From Colwellia sp. RE-S-Sl-9 (GTDB lineage Bacteria; Pseudomonadota; Gammaproteobacteria; Enterobacterales; Alteromonadaceae), in assembly GCA_048296855.1 (NCBI GenBank), contig CP182631.1: a DNA stretch of 64,000 bases. One strand, 5' to 3'. Below the pieces are notes generated by a model. That model searched no databases. It saw only the letters and a list, made by a program, of their open reading frames with translations, and was not told the DNA's origin. Positions 31,010-39,736 of the stretch are shown here, one piece after another. Numbering within the stretch: the stretch's first letter is position 1; each line of letters begins with the position of its first letter. The translations under genes were made by a program, and so were the position numbers.

Positions 31010-32992
31010 TTACTTAACGTCTGAAGTATTTTGGCTACCTAAATTTAATAGCGCCGCCAAAGCACCTTTTTGTGTGTCATCAGCATTATTTAATGTTGAT
31101 AACAGTTTAGACATATTGAAATTTTTCATGGTTTCACTTGTTTGTGCAGCACCTGATAACACACCACTCAAATCGTCCATAATATTACGATCACCATTTA
31201 AATGATCTTTAAGTAAGGTTTTTACTGTATCGCTTTCATTGACTAAACCATCGATAGATTTACCAACAGTAATAGACTTCATAAATTGATGTAGGAACTC
31301 ACCGTCTCCTCCCATAATATTTATGTTAGCTTCGCTTAATGCTGTCGCTAAAACGCCTGCTTGTTTCTCAGCTAAATCTACGCTGTTGTCTAGTCTAGCT
31401 AAGGTAAGTTCTCGCTCTTGATTTAAGCGTAAACCAAAAGTTTCAAACTCACGTGCTTGTTCAGACATTGCGTTAAGCACTTCTTGCTTCTCACGTAAGC
31501 CAGCTGCTTCAGCAAATGCTTTTTCTTGAATACCTTTCGCCTCGGCGGTTAGTTTTAACTCAAGCGCTTTAGCTTCAGCTTCACCTTGTCTTTCATGTGC
31601 ATCGGCTTGTGCTAGCGTTATTTGTGCTTCTGCTAACCCTTGTGATGCAGCTTCAGCTTGGTGCCCTTCTGCTAATATTTTTTTAGACTCAGACTGCTTG
31701 CTGGCAGTTTTTAATTCAGCTTCAGCAATAGTTTGCATTTTTCTTGCGGTATGCTCTGCGGCTTGCTCTTGTGCTTTAGCTGATTCAATATCTTTCACTA
31801 AAGCTTCTTCGGCTTCACCTTTCGCTTTAATCACTTTTTCATCTTTCTGGCGATTAGCTTCAGACACTACACGTAAATCTTTAATACGCTCTTCTTCTTC
31901 TGCAACGCTTTTATCTACCATAATTCGTTCTCTTTGAACTTCGGCGATGTTTTTGCGCTCAACCTCTAACGCTTTTTCTTTATCAATGCGTAGCGTTTCC
32001 ACTTCTTTTTCACGGTCAATTGACTCAATTTGACGTGCTCGTGTTACTTTTTCTTCTTCGATTGCAACGGCTCTGAAGCGATTTTGTTCTGCAATATCAG
32101 CCTCACGTTGTTTATTTTCTTCGGCAACGGCAATTATTTGTTCAGTGCCGATTCTTGCTTGTTCAGACTTACAACGCTCTTCTTCAACAATTTTTGCAGT
32201 TTCGGCTTCTTCGCGCGCTTTTACTGAAGCTATTTCTCTAGTTTGTTTAGCTTGCGAATCAGCTAATTGTCGTTCTAACTCTAAGCTTTTTTCTTCTGCT
32301 TCAATATTTTGACGTTTAATACGAATTTCTTCTTGGCGTTTTAAGTCATTCGTTTGTACACTTTGTTGAGCCGTAAGCTCAGTTATACGTCGAATACCTT
32401 CTGAATCCATTATATTATTAGGGTCTAAATCACTAATTGATGTTTGCTCTAAAAAGTCGATTGCAACATCTTCAAGTACGTAACCAGATAAGTCTTGACC
32501 GATCACTTCTTTAATCTTGTCTCTAAACCTATCGCGCTGGGTAAATAGTTCGGTAAAGTTAAGTTGTTTACCTACGGTTTTAAGGGCTTCTGAAAACTTA
32601 GCTTCGAATAATTCTTGTAATGTTTCAGGGTAAGATGAACGTTCACAACCTACCTGTTTCGCAACTCGTAAAATGTCTTCTTTGGTTTCGTTTACTCGAA
32701 TATAAAACGTAATAATAATATCGGCGCGAATGTTGTCTTGACAGATCAAACCTGAGCGCCCTTTACGTTCAAGCATCATACGCTTGGTTGAAATATCCAT
32801 AATTTCTTTTTTATGAATAATAGGAATAACCAAGCCGCCTGTGGTGCTTATTTCAGGCTCTGCTCGCAATTTGTTAATAATTAACGCCTGCCCTTGTTCT
32901 ACTTTGTTATAAAACTTTGCGACCATGATTAACAATGAAAAGACGAAAAGAGCGCCAATTCCGATAGCTAAATAAAGTGGTTCCATTACCAT
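31010..32992 (-). CDS. yqiK: flotillin-like SPFH/band-7 protein (YqiK family) with a long E/A/K-rich coiled coil
   Basis: 660 aa with an N-terminal TM helix, an SPFH domain and an extended coiled coil (AEAEAKA.. repeats). Confidence 0.8.
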   Translation of the reverse strand: MVMEPLYLAIGIGALFVFSLLIMVAKFYNKVEQGQALIINKLRAEPEISTTGGLVIPIIHKKEIMDISTKRMMLERKGRSGLICQDNIRADIIITFYIRVNETKEDILRVAKQVGCERSSYPETLQELFEAKFSEALKTVGKQLNFTELFTQRDRFRDKIKEVIGQDLSGYVLEDVAIDFLEQTSISDLDPNNIMDSEGIRRITELTAQQSVQTNDLKRQEEIRIKRQNIEAEEKSLELERQLADSQAKQTREIASVKAREEAETAKIVEEERCKSEQARIGTEQIIAVAEENKQREADIAEQNRFRAVAIEEEKVTRARQIESIDREKEVETLRIDKEKALEVERKNIAEVQRERIMVDKSVAEEEERIKDLRVVSEANRQKDEKVIKAKGEAEEALVKDIESAKAQEQAAEHTARKMQTIAEAELKTASKQSESKKILAEGHQAEAASQGLAEAQITLAQADAHERQGEAEAKALELKLTAEAKGIQEKAFAEAAGLREKQEVLNAMSEQAREFETFGLRLNQERELTLARLDNSVDLAEKQAGVLATALSEANINIMGGDGEFLHQFMKSITVGKSIDGLVNESDTVKTLLKDHLNGDRNIMDDLSGVLSGAAQTSETMKNFNMSKLLSTLNNADDTQKGALAALLNLGSQNTSDVK

Positions 32993-33067
32993 GTGTTTTT
33001 CCTCTTATTTAAAACATAGCCACACTATTGGCGGCCAAATAGATTGTAATTTTGTAAAATGAATAAG

Positions 33068-33700
33068 TTAGTGAGAGTAAGGTGCAACAATATAAGTGTG
33101 GCTGTCTTTTAGGTACTCAATTACGAGTACTTCATCCCCCTTTTTTAGCGTGTGCTGCGGATCACAGCGTACATCAAAGAGTATTTCGGCCCCCTCGTTA
33201 AATAAACGTGCTTGGCCAAAGCTGTCGCTTACGGTACTTGTAGCTATAATGGCATTTTTACCAACTAGATGATGACTTGTCGTAGTTTCAACGCTTGTAA
33301 ACATGCCCTTTATAGGACGAAGAATGACCGCAGCAATGGGAAGTGATATTGCAAAAACAATAACATCAGTTATAGCCCCCATCACGTAATATAACCAACC
33401 GTCAGGTAACCAAGTAAGTAGGTATAATTGAAGATAAAAACTGATCAACCAACAAATAAGAACAATAATGCTGATCACAAGTGTAAAAGGCACGCCAGTT
33501 AAACCAAAAGTAAGCATTAAGCCGGTGAGTCCACCAATAGAAATTTCAGGATCCAGATCTATATCAAGTTCAGCATCACCTGAAAAGCCTAAATCGACAA
33601 GTCCCAACATACCTACAAGCCAATACACGACCACAACACCTAGTAGGGTTGAATATATAACAGTGGGGAATTGTGAAGCGACTTGAAGCAGTTGTTCCAT
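33068..33700 (-). CDS. yqiJ: NfeD-like inner-membrane protein (YqiJ family)
   Basis: 210 aa with several TM helices and a C-terminal OB-fold-like soluble segment. It lies immediately upstream of the flotillin gene, as in the E. coli yqiJK operon. Confidence 0.65.
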   Translation of the reverse strand: MEQLLQVASQFPTVIYSTLLGVVVVYWLVGMLGLVDLGFSGDAELDIDLDPEISIGGLTGLMLTFGLTGVPFTLVISIIVLICWLISFYLQLYLLTWLPDGWLYYVMGAITDVIVFAISLPIAAVILRPIKGMFTSVETTTSHHLVGKNAIIATSTVSDSFGQARLFNEGAEILFDVRCDPQHTLKKGDEVLVIEYLKDSHTYIVAPYSH

Positions 33701-33772
33701 ATTTCATCCTTAAAATAAATAACATAACGCTTATATGTTTTGTTATTTTGAAATTTGATTTTGTGTAGATTA

Positions 33773-33811
33773 ATCATACCCATTTGACATAATATGTCAA
33801 ATGGGTATGAT
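33773..33811. promoter_or_regulatory. perfect 39-bp palindrome encoding two interleaved mirror-image sigma70 promoters (TTGACA-N16-TATGAT on each strand)
   Basis: Plus strand: -35 TTGACA at 33784-33789 and -10 TATGAT at 33806-33811. Minus strand: -35 at 33800-33795 and -10 at 33778-33773. The only non-palindromic position is the centre base, 33792. Confidence 0.6.
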
Positions 33812-33980
33812 GACTAACATCTTTTATTGGGATAAATTATCATATAGCTTAGTTAAAATCATTTAATAAAATATTCATAGGTAAATTATTTGATTCATTT
33901 ATCTAGTGGCATGTATTAACCAATAATTATATGATTAGTCTAAACATTTCAACATAAAATAACGTTAATAAGGATTTTAA

Positions 33981-34406
33981 ATGAGAGGCGCAGGTGGTAC
34001 TTCAGGTGGATTAGGACACTTTTTTATTGGCCTAATTATGATGTGTGGTGGCTTTTATATGTTATTAAATGCAATCACTGTAACGTCAAGTTTTGGCATG
34101 GGCATGCGGTTATATGGCTTTTCAGCGGGTGGTGGAAGCTTTAATGTAACGAGCGGTATGATCATGATCCCTTTTATTTTTGGTGTGGGTTTAATTTTTT
34201 ATAACAGTAAAAATATTTTAGGTTGGGTGTTATCTGTAGGCTCGATAACCGCGTTAATTTTTGGTGTTATCTCTTCTATTCGTTTTTCTTTTAGAACCAT
34301 GAGCTCATTTGATCTTATCGTTATATTGGTTTTAGCTGTCGGCGGCTTAGGTTTGTTTTTACGTTCTTTAAAAACATTAGATCAAAAATATCCTGATCAA
34401 AAATAA
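33981..34406 (+). CDS. small integral membrane protein, hypothetical
   Basis: 141 aa, Gly-rich N-terminus, 3-4 TM helices. Divergent from yqiJ. Confidence 0.5.
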   Translation: MRGAGGTSGGLGHFFIGLIMMCGGFYMLLNAITVTSSFGMGMRLYGFSAGGGSFNVTSGMIMIPFIFGVGLIFYNSKNILGWVLSVGSITALIFGVISSIRFSFRTMSSFDLIVILVLAVGGLGLFLRSLKTLDQKYPDQK

Positions 34407-34746
34407 AACGATTAAATAAAGAGGAATTTTTCAAAATAACATAGGTATAAAAACAGGCCGTTGCCCCTAAGGTACACCATAGAATAGCGAATACCAGTTG
34501 ATCGATTTATTATTCAAAAGGTATTCGTGATTTTTTAGAATTGAAAGAATAACTACTTTATCCCTCCCCTATCTGGCGCTAAAAGCGAGAGTAAACTAAA
34601 AACTTACAATATAGTAACTTATATATTTTAAGTTACAATTTTTGCTTGTAATGTTTCATCTGCTATTTATATGCTATGTTAAAATCCTTGTCTTTAAAAT
34701 AAATTACATTTTATTTCAATCTGATTCTAACGAAGGACTAATAGCA

Positions 34747-35208
34747 ATGACGTTAAAACTTAATATTAATGGCGTTAAAAAAAACGTGGATGTTAGTGAT
34801 GACACTCCCTTATTATGGGTTATACGTGATGAACTCAAGCTTACGGGAACAAAATTTGGCTGCGGTGTAGCTCAGTGTGGAGCTTGTACTGTACACATTG
34901 ATGGGCAACCACAACGTTCATGTGTATTTCCAGCTAAATCCGCTGAAAATATGGAAATAACCACGATTGAGTCTGTATCAGGTAAAGAAGCTCAAGCGAT
35001 TCAAGCGGCATGGCAAGAGTTAGATGTTCCACAATGCGGTTATTGTCAATCAGGACAAATTATGAGTGCTGTTGGCGTATTAAAAAACACCCCTAAACCA
35101 ACAGACAACGATATTGACGCAGGCATGTCAGGTAACTTATGTCGTTGTGCTACTTATGTGCGCATTCGTAAGGCTATTCATTTAGCAGCTGAAAAATTAG
35201 AGGGATAA
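34747..35208 (+). CDS. (2Fe-2S)-binding small subunit of a molybdo-hydroxylase (IorA / aldehyde dehydrogenase small subunit type)
   Basis: 153 aa from the ATG at 34747, which follows an AAGGA RBS. Two [2Fe-2S] cysteine clusters (CGVAQCGACTV and CGYCQSG...CRC). Confidence 0.85.
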   Translation: MTLKLNINGVKKNVDVSDDTPLLWVIRDELKLTGTKFGCGVAQCGACTVHIDGQPQRSCVFPAKSAENMEITTIESVSGKEAQAIQAAWQELDVPQCGYCQSGQIMSAVGVLKNTPKPTDNDIDAGMSGNLCRCATYVRIRKAIHLAAEKLEG

Positions 35209-35211
35209 AAA

Positions 35212-37386
35212 ATGTCAGATTCTATTAAAGAAATATCTAAATCACGTCGTCGCTTTTTAAAAGGTAGTGCTGCCAGTCTAGTTATCAGCATGCATCTCCC
35301 TATGTTACTTTCCAATCGTGCTATAGCAAATATAAAAGAAACAAAATTGACTGCGAATGCATTCATTAAAATTTCAGAAGATAATACCGTTACCGTATTA
35401 ATAAAGCATATCGAAGTAGGACAAGGCGCATTTACAGGTTTAGCATCTTTAGCCGCAGATGAAATGGATGCTAGTTGGTCACAAATACGTGCTGAACATG
35501 CACCTGCTAATATAAAACTTTATGCTAACTTGTCTTTTGGAGTTCAAGGTACAGGTGGTTCAACTGGACTTGCCAATAGTTATATGACTATGCGTAAAGC
35601 TGGCGCAACAGCAAAGCAGTGGCTCATAAATGCAGCAGCCAAAAAATGGCAAGTTAATGCTAATGAAATATCCGTACAAAACGGTATTGTTAGCCACCCT
35701 TCTGGAAAACAAGCCAGCTTTGGTGATTTAGTCGCTATAGCAGCAACCCTTTCGGCTCCTACAGAAGAGCCTAAGTTAAAAAATGCCAACCAATTTACAT
35801 TCATTGGTAAAGAGTTACCTAGGTTAGATACCAAAGGAAAAACAACAGGTAGTAGCATATATGGTTTAGATATCCATAAACCTAATATGATAACGGCAGT
35901 TGTCGCTCATCCTCCAGCTTTTGGTGCAACAGTTGCTTCATTCGATGCAACTGAAGCAAAAAAAATTGAAGGCGTGAAAGATGTTAAGGCGATTCCATTT
36001 GGTATTGTGGTATATGCAAACAGTACCTACAACGCTATTAAAGGTCGTAGAGCCTTAAAAATAGAATGGGACTATAGCAAAGCTGAAACCCGTACGAGTA
36101 AAGAACTATTCAAAACATTTAGTACAACGGTATCTAAGCCAGGTATTCAAGTAACCAAAAAAGGTAACGCTGAAGCGGCAGTAACTCAGGCTGATAAAAA
36201 ACTTGAGATTGAACTATCTTTTCCTTATTTAGCTCATGCGGCAATGGAACCATTAAATGCGGTAATGCAATTTAAACGTGGAAAAGTTACGGCTTGGTTT
36301 GGTAGTCAAATCCCCACTTTAGATCAAGGCACTATTGCAAAAGTATTTGGTATAGAACCAAGTAAAGTTGATATTCAAACACAAATCACTGGTGGGAGCT
36401 TTGGCCGCCGTACTCAACCTGACGGAAGTTTTGCAGCAGAAGCGGCTTATGTAACAAAAATGGCTGACGAAGGTGTGCCCGTAAAATTAGTTTGGACAAG
36501 AGAAGACGACATTCAAGGTGGACATTACCGCGCGATGTCAGTACATAAGATGGCTGGTGCACTAGACGAAAAAGGTAAAATAATAGGATGGAAACATAGC
36601 ATTGCGGTTCAATCTATTAGAAAAAATAGTCCTTTTGAAGCACAAATTAAAAACGGTATAGATGAAAGCTCTGTTGAGGGAGCTGAACACATACCATACG
36701 CTTTACCCAACATAGATGTGCAACTGCACAACATGGAAACTGGCGTCCCCGTACTTTGGTGGCGTTCGGTAGGTCACTCCCACACGGGTTATGCCGTTGA
36801 AACAGCGATTGACTTATTATTAGATATGGCAGAAAAAGATCCTATCAAAGGTCGCCTTGAGTTGATGGAAGAAAACTCAAGAGAAGCACAAGTACTAAAA
36901 CATGTTGCTAACATGGCAGAAAAGTCAGGACCTGTACCTAAAGGACGAGCCAGAGGTGTTGCTGTAGTAGAGTCTTTTGGCAGTTATGTAGCTGAAATAG
37001 CTGAAATTTCAAAAGATAACAACGGCATGCCTAAAGTACATCACGTTTGGTGTGCGGTTGACTGCGGAATTGCCGTCAATCCCGATATTGTTAAAGCTCA
37101 AATGCAAGGTGGCATAGGTTTTGGTTTAGATGCTGCGCTTCATGGCGAAATAATTTTAGGTGAGAAAGGAAAAGTAGAACAAAGTAATTTCCATAATTAT
37201 ACAGCCTTACGAATAACAGAAATGCCAGAAATTGATATAGAGATATTACCATCAGACGCCGCACCTACAGGTGTTGGTGAACCAGGCACACCACCAATAG
37301 CACCAGCCGTATCTAATGCGTGGCGCCGTTTAACCGGACAATATGTTACTACACTTCCCTTCAGTAAAGGAACAAAGCTAACTTAG
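35212..37386 (+). CDS. molybdopterin-binding large subunit of an isoquinoline 1-oxidoreductase/aldehyde dehydrogenase (IorB-type) with Tat signal
   Basis: 724 aa with an N-terminal twin-arginine motif 'SRRRFLKG'. The start is 4 nt after the small-subunit stop. Confidence 0.85.
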   Translation: MSDSIKEISKSRRRFLKGSAASLVISMHLPMLLSNRAIANIKETKLTANAFIKISEDNTVTVLIKHIEVGQGAFTGLASLAADEMDASWSQIRAEHAPANIKLYANLSFGVQGTGGSTGLANSYMTMRKAGATAKQWLINAAAKKWQVNANEISVQNGIVSHPSGKQASFGDLVAIAATLSAPTEEPKLKNANQFTFIGKELPRLDTKGKTTGSSIYGLDIHKPNMITAVVAHPPAFGATVASFDATEAKKIEGVKDVKAIPFGIVVYANSTYNAIKGRRALKIEWDYSKAETRTSKELFKTFSTTVSKPGIQVTKKGNAEAAVTQADKKLEIELSFPYLAHAAMEPLNAVMQFKRGKVTAWFGSQIPTLDQGTIAKVFGIEPSKVDIQTQITGGSFGRRTQPDGSFAAEAAYVTKMADEGVPVKLVWTREDDIQGGHYRAMSVHKMAGALDEKGKIIGWKHSIAVQSIRKNSPFEAQIKNGIDESSVEGAEHIPYALPNIDVQLHNMETGVPVLWWRSVGHSHTGYAVETAIDLLLDMAEKDPIKGRLELMEENSREAQVLKHVANMAEKSGPVPKGRARGVAVVESFGSYVAEIAEISKDNNGMPKVHHVWCAVDCGIAVNPDIVKAQMQGGIGFGLDAALHGEIILGEKGKVEQSNFHNYTALRITEMPEIDIEILPSDAAPTGVGEPGTPPIAPAVSNAWRRLTGQYVTTLPFSKGTKLT

Positions 37387-37394
37387 CAACAAAT

Positions 37395-37430
37395 GGGATA
37401 GGCGCTTAATCTGCCGTCTATCCCTTTATT
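37395..37430 (+). terminator. intrinsic terminator after iorB
   Basis: GGGATAG-N16-CTATCCC followed by TTTATT. Confidence 0.5.
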
Positions 37431-37713
37431 AATATACCTTCACTTATCACGTCTCAAGCAATATGGTGTTTTTACATTTATACAGCTATAGTTTTAATTT
37501 AAAATTCACTTTTTATACGAAGAATAAATGGTCAAATACACAGCTTAATCGTTCCAGACTGAACCTAAGCACCTACGTCCTGTAGGCGAGGCATTTATTT
37601 TAATAAGGAGTGTTCTAATTTCTAAATAAATAACGATGCAATTGGTATTAAACATATGAAAATCATCTTTTAAGCAAGAATATACTATATTCTTAGAGGA
37701 ATAGTTTACTGTA

Positions 37714-38778
37714 ATGAAAAACTATGAATTAAAGCTTAATACAACTCGATGGGTGTTACTCGCAGTAACAATCGCCATGGGTTTATTTGCAATTTTAGAC
37801 CTATCTATTTTACCAACGCCCCTACACGATGAGTACATAACAAGCCGATTTTTGATTCAAGTTCCAACAATGATAGCCCTTCTGTTATCTTCATACTTTG
37901 ACCACTTTAAAAAGCACCGACATAAGCTTTATTTTGTTGTATTAACGACCCTTTCTCTATCGAATATTTGGTTTATAAAACAAGCATGGGTGATAGACAT
38001 GTTTAGTTTTCCTTATGATGGGCTACTCATTTATTCTGTGTTTGCCTTTTTTGTACTTCGGTTAGATTTTAAACTATCAATTTTATATGTACTGTTGTGC
38101 TTTTTAGCTTTGGCCAAACTATTAACTTTATATCCAATTTATGCTGACCTTAACTCAATTTACTTAGGTTTTTATTCTATTGTAAGTTTAATTTGTTTAG
38201 TGGGATTATATACCACTGAAAACTCTTTCAAGCGGGCTGAAGAACTAACAAATAAGCTTGAAGAGCAAAGTCAAACAGACCAACTATCAGGCTTACTTAA
38301 TCGAAGAGCTTATGAAAAAGAAGCATTAAAGTGTTTTACATCTGATGATAAGAATAAGCCAGTCTCTATATTTTTAATCGACATCGACGACTTTAAAAAA
38401 TTTAATGACAAGTTTGGACACCTCGAAGGTGATGTCATCATTAAAACGCAAGCAGATATATTAAAAGAAGTATTTAAAAGAGACCAGGATATTGTTGGTC
38501 GTTATGGCGGAGAAGAATTTATTGTTATAGCACCAAATACCCCTATTACTGAAGCTGAAAAAATGGCAGCTCAAGTAAATAATTTATGGCAAAAGTTTAA
38601 TCAGGAAAATGAAAAATATAGTGATCTTTCTTGTTCAATTGGCTTGGTTAACCTCAAAGATTTGTCAATTAATTGCGATTTAAAATCATTTATTTTACAA
38701 GCAGACAAAGCCCTTTATCTTGCAAAAAACAGTGGTAAAAATTGTTATAAATCGACTGATTATTCGATATCAGAATAA
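37714..38778 (+). CDS. membrane-anchored diguanylate cyclase (GGDEF)
   Basis: 354 aa with an N-terminal polytopic membrane domain (~6 TM helices) and a C-terminal GGDEF domain with active-site 'RYGGEEF'. Confidence 0.85.
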   Translation: MKNYELKLNTTRWVLLAVTIAMGLFAILDLSILPTPLHDEYITSRFLIQVPTMIALLLSSYFDHFKKHRHKLYFVVLTTLSLSNIWFIKQAWVIDMFSFPYDGLLIYSVFAFFVLRLDFKLSILYVLLCFLALAKLLTLYPIYADLNSIYLGFYSIVSLICLVGLYTTENSFKRAEELTNKLEEQSQTDQLSGLLNRRAYEKEALKCFTSDDKNKPVSIFLIDIDDFKKFNDKFGHLEGDVIIKTQADILKEVFKRDQDIVGRYGGEEFIVIAPNTPITEAEKMAAQVNNLWQKFNQENEKYSDLSCSIGLVNLKDLSINCDLKSFILQADKALYLAKNSGKNCYKSTDYSISE

Positions 38779-38814
38779 TGCTATATTTTTTCATTTCCTT
38801 ACACAACATCTATA

Positions 38815-38860
38815 CCGTTACCATTCAAGAGGCTATTTCAGAGCGCTTGAATGGTAACGG
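38815..38860 (+). terminator. strong hairpin after the GGDEF gene
   Basis: 15-bp perfect stem CCGTTACCATTCAAG / CTTGAATGGTAACGG with a 16-nt loop. Confidence 0.5.
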
Positions 38861-39244
38861 GTATATAACTATTATCGCATTTTAAGGCATAAATTGAGAC
38901 CATAAAATAAGACAATTACTCTTGATTTAGTTTTTATTCTAAAATTAGACTACAGTTAGTGATGGCTATAAAATTTAAATATTGTATAAAATAGCCAATA
39001 CCAGTGCAAAAACTGATATAAATAAAAAACGTTTAGTGATATTACTTTTTATTTGCTGAGTATAATTCGAAATTTAACAATCTTTGTTAGGATACAAAGT
39101 TATATAAAATGGATTTTTAAATAGTGCTCTTTTTAAATCCCTCTTATATTCCCCATAATTCTACAATATAAAACTTTTGTTTATATTTCTTATACTACCT
39201 TTTAAGTCATTGATAACTTAATGTAAGTTTATCAAAAACATGGA

Positions 39245-39736
39245 ATGGAATATAAAATGAATAAACAACCTGTCATTCACCCTATTAGTAAAAACTTTGA
39301 AAAACTAAACCAAGATATCTTTGAAACCATGTTCAAGTTATTTGAGCATATAGGTGTCTATTGGAAAAACATGGATAACTCGACCCCCTATCGATCAGAG
39401 CTCTATGTTTTTATGCAAAACCGAATAAATTTATACCCCATTTATCAAGAATATTATAAAACAGCTTACACCACGATTAATCAAATGATTTTAGAAGTAG
39501 GAGCTGAAAATTGTTACGAAATAATATTTACGGATCCTTACGCTAACCTCCCTCCTGTAGATTCAAATTTATCTATTGTTAGACAAAAAGTATCAAACGA
39601 ATTTATTGATTTTCAACTCTCTATTGGTGGATTTAAATCCTTTGGCGCTAAAAATTATCCTGGATATATTGGCGGAGCTTTTATCCCTGGAGAAGCAGTA
39701 CCTTACCGAACTATGGAGAATAACAATGAAATATGA
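39245..39736 (+). CDS. hypothetical small protein, first gene of a coupled three-gene operon
   Basis: 163 aa (or 159 aa from the second ATG at 39257, which has the better RBS). No signal peptide and no recognisable domain. Its stop overlaps the next gene's start. Confidence 0.55.
   Translation: MEYKMNKQPVIHPISKNFEKLNQDIFETMFKLFEHIGVYWKNMDNSTPYRSELYVFMQNRINLYPIYQEYYKTAYTTINQMILEVGAENCYEIIFTDPYANLPPVDSNLSIVRQKVSNEFIDFQLSIGGFKSFGAKNYPGYIGGAFIPGEAVPYRTMENNNEI

Noticed and set aside
34480-34545. 8-bp inverted repeat CGAATACC...GGTATTCG with a 26-nt loop upstream of iorA. I considered a Moco riboswitch.
   Set aside because: The stem is too short and the loop too long to be convincing. The conserved Moco-riboswitch architecture could not be recognised by eye, and this needs a covariance-model scan (for example Rfam RF01055).
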